Source: Obrimoposthia wandeli
Lineage: Eukaryota
Assembly (NCBI GenBank): GCA_977020255.1
Contig: CDROCS010003796.1
Span: 186,001 to 250,000, forward strand
Reading direction: 5' to 3'
DNA length: 64,000 bases
Shown here: one piece after another, positions 24,767 through 35,409 of the stretch
Numbering within the stretch: position 1 is the stretch's first letter
How the letters are laid out: each line of letters opens with the position of its first letter
Made by a program: the position numbers and the translations under genes
Notes under the pieces: model-generated
The model's database searches: none
What the model was told of the DNA's origin: nothing
Seen by the model: the letters and a program-made list of their open reading frames with translations, nothing else

Positions 24767-26592
24767 TTATTCATCATTTCCCCCCTCATTTTCACTCTCA
24801 CTTTCAATTTCACTTTCTTCTTCATCAGAATCATCATTTTCATAATCGCTATCGCTATCACTTTGGTCTTCATCGTCACTTTCTCCGATTTGATAGTCTT
24901 CGAGCGCTTGGACTTTGATCAACGCATCCTCCGAACCATCAGAAGCATTGAGCATACCACATTCAACGAATGCTTTCGTGATCTGCGCTAGACCATTCTC
25001 ATTGAGAAATTCTTTCCAAGATTCGCTGAGCCAAGTTGCATACAGCAATCGTCTTTCCCTAGCGTTGATTTCGCCGTTGACCCAACCATCGTGGTTGTCA
25101 TCGAAGTGCTTGTTATATTTCTTCTTCATTCGATCTTTTATTGCTTTCCCCAATCCTCGATCTGTCACAGCACAGAGATCTGTGCAATCAGGAGGGGTAT
25201 AAATTAACAAAGTATTTGAATCGCGGATCATTTTTTTAAATTCCGGAGAACATTGAGATCCAAGATTGTCCAGACCAAGGAGCTTTTCATTGCTGCCACG
25301 AGTTTGTTTCTCGAAATTGTGAGCGTATTCCAATGAGGTTGCGGTATCAAACCAGGCTTTCGGTTGATAATAAATTTCGACATCTTTTGGCATATTCCTT
25401 TGCTCAGCATGGATACGTTTGTCATATGGGATACTCGGGTTGATAGTTCCGTCTTTAGATTTATGCGGTTTGAGTCGAAAACATATCCCAGGTTTGATAC
25501 GTTGAGGTAAATCAGCACAAAAAGTTAACTGTAGCGTTGCTTGTCTTCGACTTTGATCAACTTTTGCTTGCTTTATTTGTACTACTCTTTTTCCTTTCTT
25601 TTCATAAGTATCTTTGAGCGGTCCTCCGAATTCCAAAGGAATTTGATCGACGTGATATCTGTTGTTTGGGGAAAAACGTCCGTATTTTTCGTCTTGGCTC
25701 GGAGGAGGTTGACAAAATTGTTTCACAGTTCTGTGAAATTTTTGCACTTCTTTCATTCTTTCATGTGCAGTTTTCGGCTTTCCATTTGTTCTCATTCGTT
25801 TAGTGACTTGAAAACGTTTGCACCACCGCTGAACCCAACCTCGTGAAGCTTTGAAATTTTTTGCTTTCTCAATTTGTTCAGCATTCATCAATTCTTTGTA
25901 TTCAGAAACAAGTTTCTTCATCTTTGATTGGAGCCATTGTGATGAAACTTTCTTCGCATCAGCGCGCCTTTGACCGAAGATGTCGTAAAGTTGTGATTCT
26001 TGTTTAGGAAACAATCCACGTTTATACTTTTCAAGACGTTCACCACTGACTTTTGCTTGACGAACAGTTGGATTAGAATCTGTAGCGTCTTTGGCAATCA
26101 ACACTCGATTTTTTTTGGTTTCCCAGTTAGAAATTGTTCTAAAACTGACTGTTGGATGCTCAGCCTTGAATTTTTCTTCGAAACAAATTGGATGATCACG
26201 CCTCGTGGCTTCAAAAGAGAGTACAAGCGAAAATTTCTTTGAGTTGGAGAATCTGATTCTTGTTTTGCATATTTGTTGTTTTGTTGGTGATCTTTTCTTT
26301 TTGCTATTGTTGGTCTTCTTTTTCTTCGGTTTGGGCGAAGAACTGATTCTGACTTCATGTTCAGACACGTTGGAATTTGAACTTGCGTTTTCGAACTTGT
26401 CAAGGTTGAGTTTGAGTTGTTTCCTCTTGTCTTTTCGTTGTTTGTGTCTGAATTTATTGTGTTGAGCCAAAGCACCCAAATTTGGAAAGATAGAAGTGCA
26501 AGTTGAGCAAGATACGTTCTTTCTGCTTCCTTTTCTGCTTGTTGAGCTCGTTGAGTTGCAGCTCCTTCTCTCATAGCGTCAAAGAACGACAT
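24767..26592 (-). CDS. pogo transposase, CENP-B HTH + DD35D, acidic tail; one probable frameshift near 26490
   Basis: FKASRGWVQRWCKRF, HVDQIP, GLDN...PPDCTDLCAVTD; 570 aa uninterrupted from 26479. Confidence 0.9.
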
Positions 26593-27112
26593 TCTTGTGG
26601 TGAAAAGAAAGATTCTAAAGTAACCAGATTTACATAAATGTTCTATATAATACTAAAATTACCACCAACATTATATAATTTCGGTGGGTTATTAAATCCG
26701 GAGTTATAGAATGAAGTTTTAACTGGAGTAGCGCCCCGTTGGATTATCAAAAAATCTATAATGATATTGAATATATAATATCTTCGAATCTGTAAAAGGT
26801 TAAAAAGGGCTATAAACTTTTCATATTATATAAGTTATTAAATATCCATATAGGTATCTGAAAAATTTCGAGAAATTTTCTGTTTTTTATTTTTCGAGGT
26901 ATTAAATCATAAATACTTTAAATTAAATTAAATTTTGTAATATTATTTTTGCCTATTTACTATTTTAAATATAATTTTTGTATTAGAGTTAGTTTTTCTA
27001 GTTTAATCATAGGATATAATTTTCATTTTAGGAGCAGTTTAACTTTAAAGTGCTATTCTACTTTTAGGAGGAGTAGTGCAGTAGTTTTCGGAGATTCACA
27101 CACACTGGCCAA

Positions 27113-27742
27113 ATGACTGAAAAAATGAATATATTTAGATCCACGACGCAAACAACTCCTTCAATAACGTATGAAACGATGTTCAAAGAAATTTCTTGGC
27201 CTAGAGGAGGCACATATGTAATGCGAAACAACAAATTGTAGGACAAAAAGTATCAAAATAAAAAGAAACACTCAAAACAAATGAAATCAACAAGTACAAA
27301 CAAAAAGTATCAAAGTTTAAAGAAAAAATCAAAACAAATGAAATCAACAAATACAGACAAAAAGTATCAAAGTTCAAAGCAACAATCAAAACAAATGAAA
27401 TCAACAAATACAAACTAAAAGTATCAAAGTTCAAAGCAACAATCAAAACAAATGAAATCAACAAATACAGACAAAAAGTATCAAAGTTCAAAGCAACGAT
27501 CAAAACAAATGAAATCAACAAATACAGACAAAAAGTATCAAAGTTCAAAGCAACAATCAGAACAAATGAAATCAACAAATACAGACAAAAAGTATCAAAG
27601 TTCAAAGCAAGAACCTTCTTAGAACGCAGAACAACGTTTGGCTAAAACACTTGCAAACCTGATCAAGAATAAATGTTTTTTAGCCGCACAAGAAATCGAG
27701 AAGGAAATTATCGAGTTGAACACCACATATAAATGTATCTGA
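27113..27742 (+). pseudogene. Second (cargo) ORF of the pogo element with a 19-aa repeat
   Basis: One 210-codon frame, MTEKMNIFR...(DKKYQSSKQQSKQMKSTNT)n...AQEIEKEIIELN, with three isolated stops. Confidence 0.5.
27244..27610. repeat. 57-bp tandem repeat, ~6.5 copies
   Basis: Periodicity is directly visible. Confidence 0.95.
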
Positions 27743-27914
27743 ACATATGTAATTAATGTAAGTAAACATCTTTTCAGGATTTTAAGTTCTTGTTTGAATA
27801 TTCGACTGTACTCTTACAGGTGAGACTTTTAAATAATGCATCTATAAGTGATTCGGTGTCGGTCTCTCTCAAAAACATGTTTTAATGAATACCCTTACAA
27901 GTGAATAATTACTG

Positions 27915-28167
27915 TAGCTGATTTGATATCAAAATCATCATCCAAATCACCTCCTCCTTCCTTTGTAACTTTCAATTTAACGAGAAATAAACTATCATTC
28001 AAATCAAGATATTGAGTATTGGATCCATTTATATTGAATTCTAAATCCGGAGAAGATGTCCCGTTAACCGTATTTGTCGGAAACATTTCTTCAAAACTAG
28101 CACTATCAACCACAACCTGAGGTATAGGTTTATCAAATATACACAATTCAGTTTTAGCACAACTCAT
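27915..28167 (-). pseudogene. MCP: Major capsid protein (PY), N-terminal part
   Basis: MSCAKTELCIFDKPIPQ...LEFNING...YLDLNDS is a typical Polinton MCP N-terminus. Confidence 0.92.
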
Positions 28168-28217
28168 TACTTTAAAATTGTTCCACCTAGTTTCAAACGT
28201 TTGTTTATACCCGATGC

Positions 28218-28529
28218 TTATGATGTTTTCTTACGTTTATAACCACTTCCCTTTTGAGTTTTCTTTTTCAAAAATTCAGCTAGACTTGGTGAAATTTCAT
28301 TCACATGATCCAAGGCTGCATCCTTTAGTATGGGAAGAAATTTCTCATCACCAGACAAGTATTTTGATCCAACATTAGCAATAAAATTCCCGAGTCGCTT
28401 GAGTAGTGGGAAAGCAAAGCGACCAAAAACCTTCAGCCATCCTGATCCATACTGTTTTCCCACAAAATAAGGCAAATCACATCCTTGCATCGGTTTACTA
28501 TATGCATCGATTATACTTGAATCAATCAT
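28218..28529 (-). CDS. Small Polinton virion protein (PW-like), 103 aa
   Basis: QYGSGWLKVFGRFAFPLLK amphipathic motif and C-terminal QKGSG. Confidence 0.75.
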   Translation of the reverse strand: MIDSSIIDAYSKPMQGCDLPYFVGKQYGSGWLKVFGRFAFPLLKRLGNFIANVGSKYLSGDEKFLPILKDAALDHVNEISPSLAEFLKKKTQKGSGYKRKKTS

Positions 28530-29548
28530 AATTTACGAAAATGAACCGTTAAACTTGTTTCAGCTCCGTAAGCAAATGTAATTAATCTTCCAGAATCATT
28601 ACGTATATTAACTTCAATGTTGTTTATAGAAGAAGTACTCACTGGAATATACATTGGATTTTCAATTGGAATATGTATAACATCACCATACTTGTGTTTT
28701 TCCTGTTGAACCCAAATTGCTTTTATTAAGGGAAGTTCCCTTCCTCCTACGAATATTGGTTCAGTAATACTCGTGTAGATATAAATCTGATTATATGCAT
28801 TAGTCATTTTAGGAATAATCTTTGCTTTGAAAACCTCATGTTTATTTTCAAATTCATTTTCATCAAAACCGATAATTGAGGCTAATGATTTATCCATGAC
28901 AACTTTATCAATATTTGATTTCAATTAGAAATGAATCAATTTATCACCTAGTTTAAAGTTTTCAAATACATTTGGTAACACTGTTTTAAAATGTTTACAC
29001 ATTCTTTCACTATCGGGAAAAAGAAAATCATTGGGAACTGAATATATTTTTCTCTCGCGTTTAGTGAATCTGCTTTTTATCTTGAATGTAATTATCGGAT
29101 ACTTGAGATGATTATCCATAATTCCCGAAAACACATGCTTTCCTTTATCAGGGTTAGTTGGAAATCCATATTGTTGTGCAACAATTTCATCACTAAAAAC
29201 TATTTCAAAATTATGCCCTTTTCCTATATTTTGGATTCGATTCTCTTTATTCAAAAAGATTGTGAAATCATCGCCAGCCTTAATACGAGCCAAATCCATT
29301 TGACCCTTATCAAATAGTAAAGTCACATCAGTTACTTTATCAACTTCTTGTTGAGTAATCTATTCAATCTCAGCTTCACTTTGAATAGATAGAGGAGAGT
29401 AATTGAAAGAAAATTCCGTAAGAGCAGCTTCCCAAGCACCAGGTAAATTGATTGAGCTTTGATAATCAATACTAAAAATATTAGCAGTATTATTCGGCTG
29501 AGTTAATGGCGAACCAATGCTTGGTAATACAACATACATTGAGTTCAT
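28526..29548 (-). pseudogene. mCP: Minor capsid/penton (PX) with two in-frame stops
   Basis: MYVVLPS...NT...F...L.G.WEAAL, IYIYTSITEPIFVGG...PL and PMYIPV...IEVNIRNDSG. Confidence 0.92.
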
Positions 29549-30556
29549 TCTATTTGAGAAGCTAATATCCAACTAGGTTCAGTATATCCATGCCACTTAA
29601 CATGATATTGTTTATACTTTCCCCTACCTTTTGTCTTTAAGATTTCTTGAATTCTATATACATTTGGTTTCTCAGGCAAGACTTGTAATTCCTCATGATA
29701 AAATTTACCCATAATTACATTATTGCTCTCATCCTCAATGAAATACATTACTAGCACATGTTTATTATCAATTTTAGTTATACGAAATACTTCATCGCTC
29801 CAATTCTCTTTGAAATTCTTTATAAAATTAGTAGTACTAATTTGAGAAATACGTACATAATCACCAACTTTATACTTGGGTTTCTTTACAACTTGACTTT
29901 GGTTACGGCGTTGCCAAATTTCCATAGCATTCTCATATGTAACATCAACAGGTCTCTTTCGGTTTAATGATGAGTGTTCACTATGATTGTATGCATGTAT
30001 TATTTGAAGTAAAACAGTGACCCAGGGCTTATTTCCCTGCTTTGTGAAATACCTTTTCAATCGTCTCTCAATGTTCGATTAAAACGTTCAACTAAAGCAG
30101 CGTTATATTGGGAAAATACTGAGTAATGATTAATATTATGTTTTTCAATAGTGCACCAACATGTTTATTATAAAACTCCTTTCTATTGTCTGTTTGGAAA
30201 TTTCTTGGTTTTATTTCTTTAATCAAAAGCTTCATTGCAGCTAAAACATCGATACCAGACTTAGACTTTAATGGAATAGCTCGCGCGAATCTGCTAAAGA
30301 CATCAACACAAGTTAAAATATATCGATGTCCACCGTTAATACTCGCATACGGAATCATTTCCATCAAATATGCTTGCCATAAATCATTCGGGCCGCTCGT
30401 TGGGAACCGACATCTCATTGGTTTGTTTAAGCTGTAAGCTAATTGATTTCTCAACCACGCCTGAGTTTCCTTTTTCCCCTTCTTTGACTCTTTTGCTAAT
30501 TTTGAAACCCATGTGTAACCAACGGGTCGACTTGGGTCGAACCATATTTTCTCCAT
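29545..30556 (-). pseudogene. int: Retroviral-like integrase with C-terminal chromo-like domain; frameshifted, first catalytic Asp changed to Tyr
   Basis: WQAYL (normally WQADL), VDVFSRFA, TDNRKEF, ERFNRT, YNHSEHS and VKWHGY. Confidence 0.94.
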
Positions 30557-30653
30557 TACAACAAGACGATTTGATTTTTATATTGAATTTAGGAATAGAT
30601 GGAAGTGATCCCATATATAAATTCATATTTTTGATTCTAATTTATGTTTATAA

Positions 30654-31064
30654 TCATCGGTTTATTAGTCTACTAGCAAGTGCACCAACTATTGAGCTAA
30701 TAATTGGTACGAGAAATCCTAAAAATCCACCACTTTGCTTATAAAGCAACTTACGTTTACCGATCCGTGTTTTGGCGTGAAACAAAGCAAGTAGAGGTTT
30801 CTTATGCCGATTGATGTTAGCCTTGACCATTATTTTACCAGAAACTATTTTCTGTATCATATTAAGTAAATCATCAATTACAAAAGTAGGGAATGATTTA
30901 AGAATAGCTGGGCGGCGAATAGCAGGTGCACACATGAGAGAATTGAAATAGGCAATACTCCTAGATTTCTTAACAACAGTTCTTTTCTTATTTGATTTTT
31001 GAGCAACCATTTTTTTTATCAATTTTTTAACTTCAGGTTTAACAGTTTCCTTTTTAAAATTCAT
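30654..31064 (-). CDS. Basic virion protein with QSGG-FL motif and C-terminal amphipathic helix, 136 aa
   Basis: KQSGGFLGFLVPIISSIVG; sits between ATPase and INT as in Polintons. Confidence 0.75.
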   Translation of the reverse strand: MNFKKETVKPEVKKLIKKMVAQKSNKKRTVVKKSRSIAYFNSLMCAPAIRRPAILKSFPTFVIDDLLNMIQKIVSGKIMVKANINRHKKPLLALFHAKTRIGKRKLLYKQSGGFLGFLVPIISSIVGALASRLINR

Positions 31065-31712
31065 CTTCGAGAAACTGGTTTCTTTGTTTGTTTATAGACG
31101 ATTATTCCTGATGGATTGAATATATCAGTTCTAACTCTCAAGTCATCGGGACAATCTTGAGTAAAATCAATAAAAATGTATCCATGAGGAATAGTAGTTG
31201 CATCTTGAAATGAATCAATTAGGAACTTTCTATTATTTGGATAAACTTGTCTTGAAACAAAATGAACAACCGTATGATCACGTGGATTCTTGAAGAGAAC
31301 AAGACAATGTACATTTAAATTATGAGTTATATGGTTCCCTCACTTGATGAAATAGATTTTGTGTGATGAAAACAACAGTTACTTCACGATGTCGTGCTAT
31401 TTTAGTGAATAAATTATTGAAATCACTCTCTTTATTTGCTTCTTGATATAAATCATCAATAACAATAACATCATGTCGTTGTAATCGCTCAGACCAATTA
31501 TCATCGAATTCTTTAATGACTTTTATATTTTTGATTTTCTTAAACTCTTTACTGGTTAACCCGGCTTCTCCATCTCCTCCCTGATGCCAGTATATTTTAT
31601 TAAACTTAAAAGTAAAGTATTTATTATTTTGCAGTAATTTACATACAAAATGTGTTTTCCCACTACCACTAGAACCTACAATCTGAAAAACTGAATTATT
31701 TTTTAAGTTCAT
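31061..31712 (-). pseudogene. FtsK/A32-like packaging ATPase, one frameshift near 31335
   Basis: Walker A GSSGSGKT, Walker B VIDD, RH...ITQNLF, LFKNPRD and IFIDF. Confidence 0.93.
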
Positions 31713-31754
31713 ATTAAAATATTAGATTATCGGGATAATGTTTATAAGACAAAA

Positions 31755-32042
31755 CTATTTAAAATATTTTATTAAAATAAATCCACTAAGAAACAATAAA
31801 AAACTCTTATCCCAGAAAAAGCTCCTTTTCTCTTCTTTCTTTGCACGTTCTTCTTTCTTCTGATTGTATCCCAGAATGAGAAGATTGACGGCCTTGTCGT
31901 GCACCATTCTTCTTACGTGTTCCTCCAGGGGTAGATTTGAAACATCAATGAGTTTCATGACATCTTCTTCTATGACATTCTTCGAGATGAAGCTCTTCAC
32001 CGCCTTGTCAACATCTTGCTTGAAATGATTTGGAGTAGACAT
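31755..32042 (-). CDS. 95-aa orphan with a basic stretch and C-terminal hydrophobic anchor
   Basis: Intact ORF ending FFWDKSFLLFLSGFILIKYFK, with TATA and CCAAT upstream. Confidence 0.65.
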   Translation of the reverse strand: MSTPNHFKQDVDKAVKSFISKNVIEEDVMKLIDVSNLPLEEHVRRMVHDKAVNLLILGYNQKKEERAKKEEKRSFFWDKSFLLFLSGFILIKYFK

Positions 32043-32207
32043 AATGAAGAAGCAGTAAAAAGTAATCTGATTTTATACTATACATCTGAAATCTGATTGG
32101 TTAATAAAAAACACTGACTAATAAAGACACTAACTAATAAAGACACTGACTAATAAATACACTGATTAATAAATACACTGATTAATAAAGATAAAGACGA
32201 ATAAAAT

Positions 32208-32960
32208 TTACACATGATAACGATTAAAAATACGTATTTGATGAAGCCTAGCTTCATTAGGAGCAGCAATAGTCCGTTTAGTTTTAACAAGATTGGAAGC
32301 AGCTGTAACACCCATCGAATGAGATAAAAATGCAATAACAATGCAAGCAGCATGTAAACTACCATAATGACTACATACTAAAATCTTACCACCATTTTCG
32401 ATATTTTCTTTAATTATATTATTAGTCTGTTTATAATATATCATTATTGTTTCTTCTAACATTGAGTTTACAAAGACAGAAGTATATTTTAATTTCTTAT
32501 AAGATATCTTATCCAGTATAGATGTATTGATTACATGAGTGAAATTGGAGTTCAAAAGTGTAGTTTCATCAAACCCATCTCTATAATTACCAATATATAA
32601 TTGATTTACTAAAATCTCACTCATTTTTGTTTTGTTTAACTTTTCTACATTAAGTTGAGTAAATCTAGCACTAAACAAACTATCAAAAAGATGGGTCATG
32701 TGGTTCATTTCCATACTGGAAGCATGAGCTATTATGGGTTCCATAAAAGCCAAAGCATTTAAAAAATCTAATCGTCTCTTATCTTCTTCTTCAATAATTG
32801 GATCTATAATAACTTCTTCTATCATCACTTCATCAATAGTTTCTTCTCTTCTCATAACTGTTGTTGTTGCTGGTGATGATGTTGCTGATGGTGTTGCTGG
32901 CGATGATGTTGTTGGCGATAATGTTGCTGCTACTGCCAGTGCTGATGTGATTTTTTCCAT
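32208..32960 (-). CDS. Dual-specificity phosphatase fold, predicted pseudophosphatase, 250 aa
   Basis: MSEILVNQLYIGN, FTHVIN, GGKILV, CIVIAFL and VKTKR...PN. The HCxxGxxR signature reads CSHYGSLH. Confidence 0.85.
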   Translation of the reverse strand: MEKITSALAVAATLSPTTSSPATPSATSSPATTTVMRREETIDEVMIEEVIIDPIIEEEDKRRLDFLNALAFMEPIIAHASSMEMNHMTHLFDSLFSARFTQLNVEKLNKTKMSEILVNQLYIGNYRDGFDETTLLNSNFTHVINTSILDKISYKKLKYTSVFVNSMLEETIMIYYKQTNNIIKENIENGGKILVCSHYGSLHAACIVIAFLSHSMGVTAASNLVKTKRTIAAPNEARLHQIRIFNRYHV

Positions 32961-33293
32961 TTTATTAATTCAGAGTCAATTTACTCTTATATACTAAACG
33001 AGGTTTGATTTCATTGAAGCATCAGTTTCATCATAGCCGCGTGATTTGATTGGAGTATTATTCAACCTTTCCAATGTACTTCCAATGTACTTGTAAATGT
33101 AGTTGATGACGTAACCTAAAGAGTTAAATAAACTACAAATAAATATTACTCATGATTATTTTTCCTAATTAAAACATTTAGAATAACTGAGCCATGGTCT
33201 TTAAATGCATCCTGAAACTCTTTACATTCAATAATTTCATCCATTTTATGATAAAGCAAATCAAATATTGTTTATAACCCAGAAACATCTATT

Positions 33294-33968
33294 TTAGACC
33301 ACATTACAACTATTTGCAGCTATTTGCAAGTAATGACATGTGATGTCTTTGTCTCTAAGATAAATATATTTTAGTAACATTACGACTATTTGGTTCAGGA
33401 AATAAATAACACAAGTGTGAAGATCTATATTAAATAAAATACATTCAATCAGATACTCATAGTTTAAAGATTTAACATTAAGTATCATAATCTTCCCGCT
33501 AGCAAACATGTTCACGCATAGTGGATTGTATTTGACATATCCCAGGAAGATTTCTGGCTCGTAAACAGCTTCCGATCCCATACTTTTGCTCATCTTGTTC
33601 AGGTTTATTGATGTTTCTAGATTGCTGCTGAGACTGATTGATTGGATTCTTTCCATTTTTATATCAAAAGGAAGACTGCTTTCATCCAGCACCGTTTTAC
33701 AACCCATTATTCTGCATGTACCTAATTTATAATTATATATAAATGTAAAAATAAATTACCAGATTTGAAAATGATAATAGTGTAACCTTCACACTTGAGT
33801 CGATACTGATGAGGCTTCGAAGTCCGAAATGGTAAATGTTGAATGTTACTTACAACCATGCCATTGTAATTAATATTCACTAATTTGATATTGTGAAGTA
33901 GTATTTCTGATTATTATAAACTGATTTCTTCTATTTATACTATTTGAACATCTATTTTTAGATTGCAT
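33294..33968 (-). CDS. TBP (TATA-binding protein)-like gene with a 38-nt intron; 5' end uncertain or frameshifted
   Basis: Two TBP-like repeats: TIIIFKSG|TCRIMGCK and SNLETSINL...YEPEIF...VNMFASGKIMI. Confidence 0.8.
33722..33759 (-). other. 38-nt GT-AG intron in the TBP-like gene
   Basis: TCT G|GTAATT...AATTAG|GT ACA; 38 is not a multiple of 3, and splicing restores IFKSGTCRIMG. Confidence 0.85.
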
Positions 33969-33976
33969 GTCTTTGT

Positions 33977-34961
33977 TTAATTGCCTATGCTATGAAATTT
34001 AATATTTCTTACTCGTCTAATGATAATTGTCTTGCAATATGGACATGAAATAAAACGTTCTGAACATTTAATACACGTGTTTAAGTGTCCACATGGTAAA
34101 AATGCCACGGAAATCGCATCGCTCATGCAAACAACACATTTGGGATTTGGCAAGAGGTACTTGAGATAATTTATACGATGTTTAGGTCAGATTTTATTTC
34201 TAAAAATCTTAAATCCGTTATAAACTCATATATAGAATCATATTTGTTACCGAATGTTTTAAATATATTAACTAAAACGGCTTTGATTCTATCATGACTA
34301 TAATCACGTTTCAGCAAAACTATTTAACGAGTTTCCATCTGAGCATCAATTTCATCATTACTAATATGATATTCTACAATACATCAGTTCTTGATTCCCA
34401 TACTAGATGCTTTACAATCTCGAGTATGTAAGATTCTTTCAGGCATAGTATCAATAAACTCAAGTCGGGGTACTGCTTTCTGACAGAAACAACATCGATA
34501 AGAATCATTCCAAATATATACATGTGGAAAAATCGATAATGTAGGTATTTCAATATCATTAGAATAATTATTGCATACAATAACTACTTTATCCATTGGA
34601 GTTGAATCAAAATCAATTTGCTTGGTGCTGGAATCAATTATTGGTACGTTTGAAACATTCATTTCAAAACAAACGGGCATCTTGGGAAAAATAGCTGATG
34701 CCGCTTCATTGGTTTCAGATAGTACTCCCATTCCGATATTGCTCCCAGACAGTAAATACACTTTACATTATCTTTCTAATCATCGTGCTTGTAAAATCCT
34801 GCTTTTGCTAAAGCTGTCTTATCCGCTAAACCAGTAAACTTTGCTTGTAATGTATCTAATCTATGTCGCTCATATATCATATCTTCCTTTCTTCTTGAAA
34901 TCTTGTCTAAAACGTCGTCATCTAATGATGAGTTCTCCATTTTCTGAAACATAATATGCAA
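33977..34961 (-). pseudogene. iap: Inhibitor of apoptosis: BIR-BIR-UBA-RING
   Basis: BIR: LAKAGFY...DNVKCIYC...WE...H...PRCPFV. Second BIR-like: CCFC...H...C. UBA-like: RIKAVL...GNKYDSIYEFITDL. RING: CVVC...LPCGH..C..C...CPYC. Four stops and two frameshifts. Confidence 0.9.
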
Positions 34962-35409
34962 TAAATTTAGTAGTCATAACAACATTGAATAATGAAATTT
35001 TCTAGCTTATATAGTAAGTGAAAACTATTTTTAGACTACATTCTTGGATTTTACAAGAATAGTCATGTGATGTCTTTGTCTTAAGAATAAAGCAGTATAA
35101 ACAATATTTTGATAATGATTTTATTGAAAATGAATAATCAAAATAATGAAAATAATCAAAGTAGAGCTAGTACATATATAGGTTCTGGTAGTCATTTATA
35201 TTCTAATATGAATTATAATAGAAATAATCAGAGAGAAAATATTAATCCATCAAGTTAAACAATAACAAGTCCTACGCGTATAACCGAAGAACATAAGCCC
35301 TTTAAGGATATGACTAATACTAAACGATTTTCATAAACAAGAATGTTAACCAATTAGAATTGAGCTTTAGAGGATAAACAATTGAATATTTCAATTTATA
35401 ATTGTCAAT

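Larger units (their letters stand above)
24635..27914 (-). mobile_element. Full-length pogo-family transposon, TA TSD, inserted in MCP
   Basis: 23-bp TIRs CAGTAATTATTCACCT...; removal restores DIKSANYMLHTLF. Confidence 0.95.

Noticed and set aside
27201-27605. Hydrophobic repeat membrane protein on the minus strand
   Set aside because: Antisense reading of the 57-bp array.
31320-31345. ATPase frame break as another intron
   Set aside because: A GTGAG is present, but no AG gives a plausible intron; a 1-nt indel restores the frame.
28526-34961. Alternative genetic code to explain in-frame stops in penton and IAP
   Set aside because: TAA, TAG and TGA all occur together with frameshifts and D-to-Y catalytic changes, so decay is the simpler explanation.
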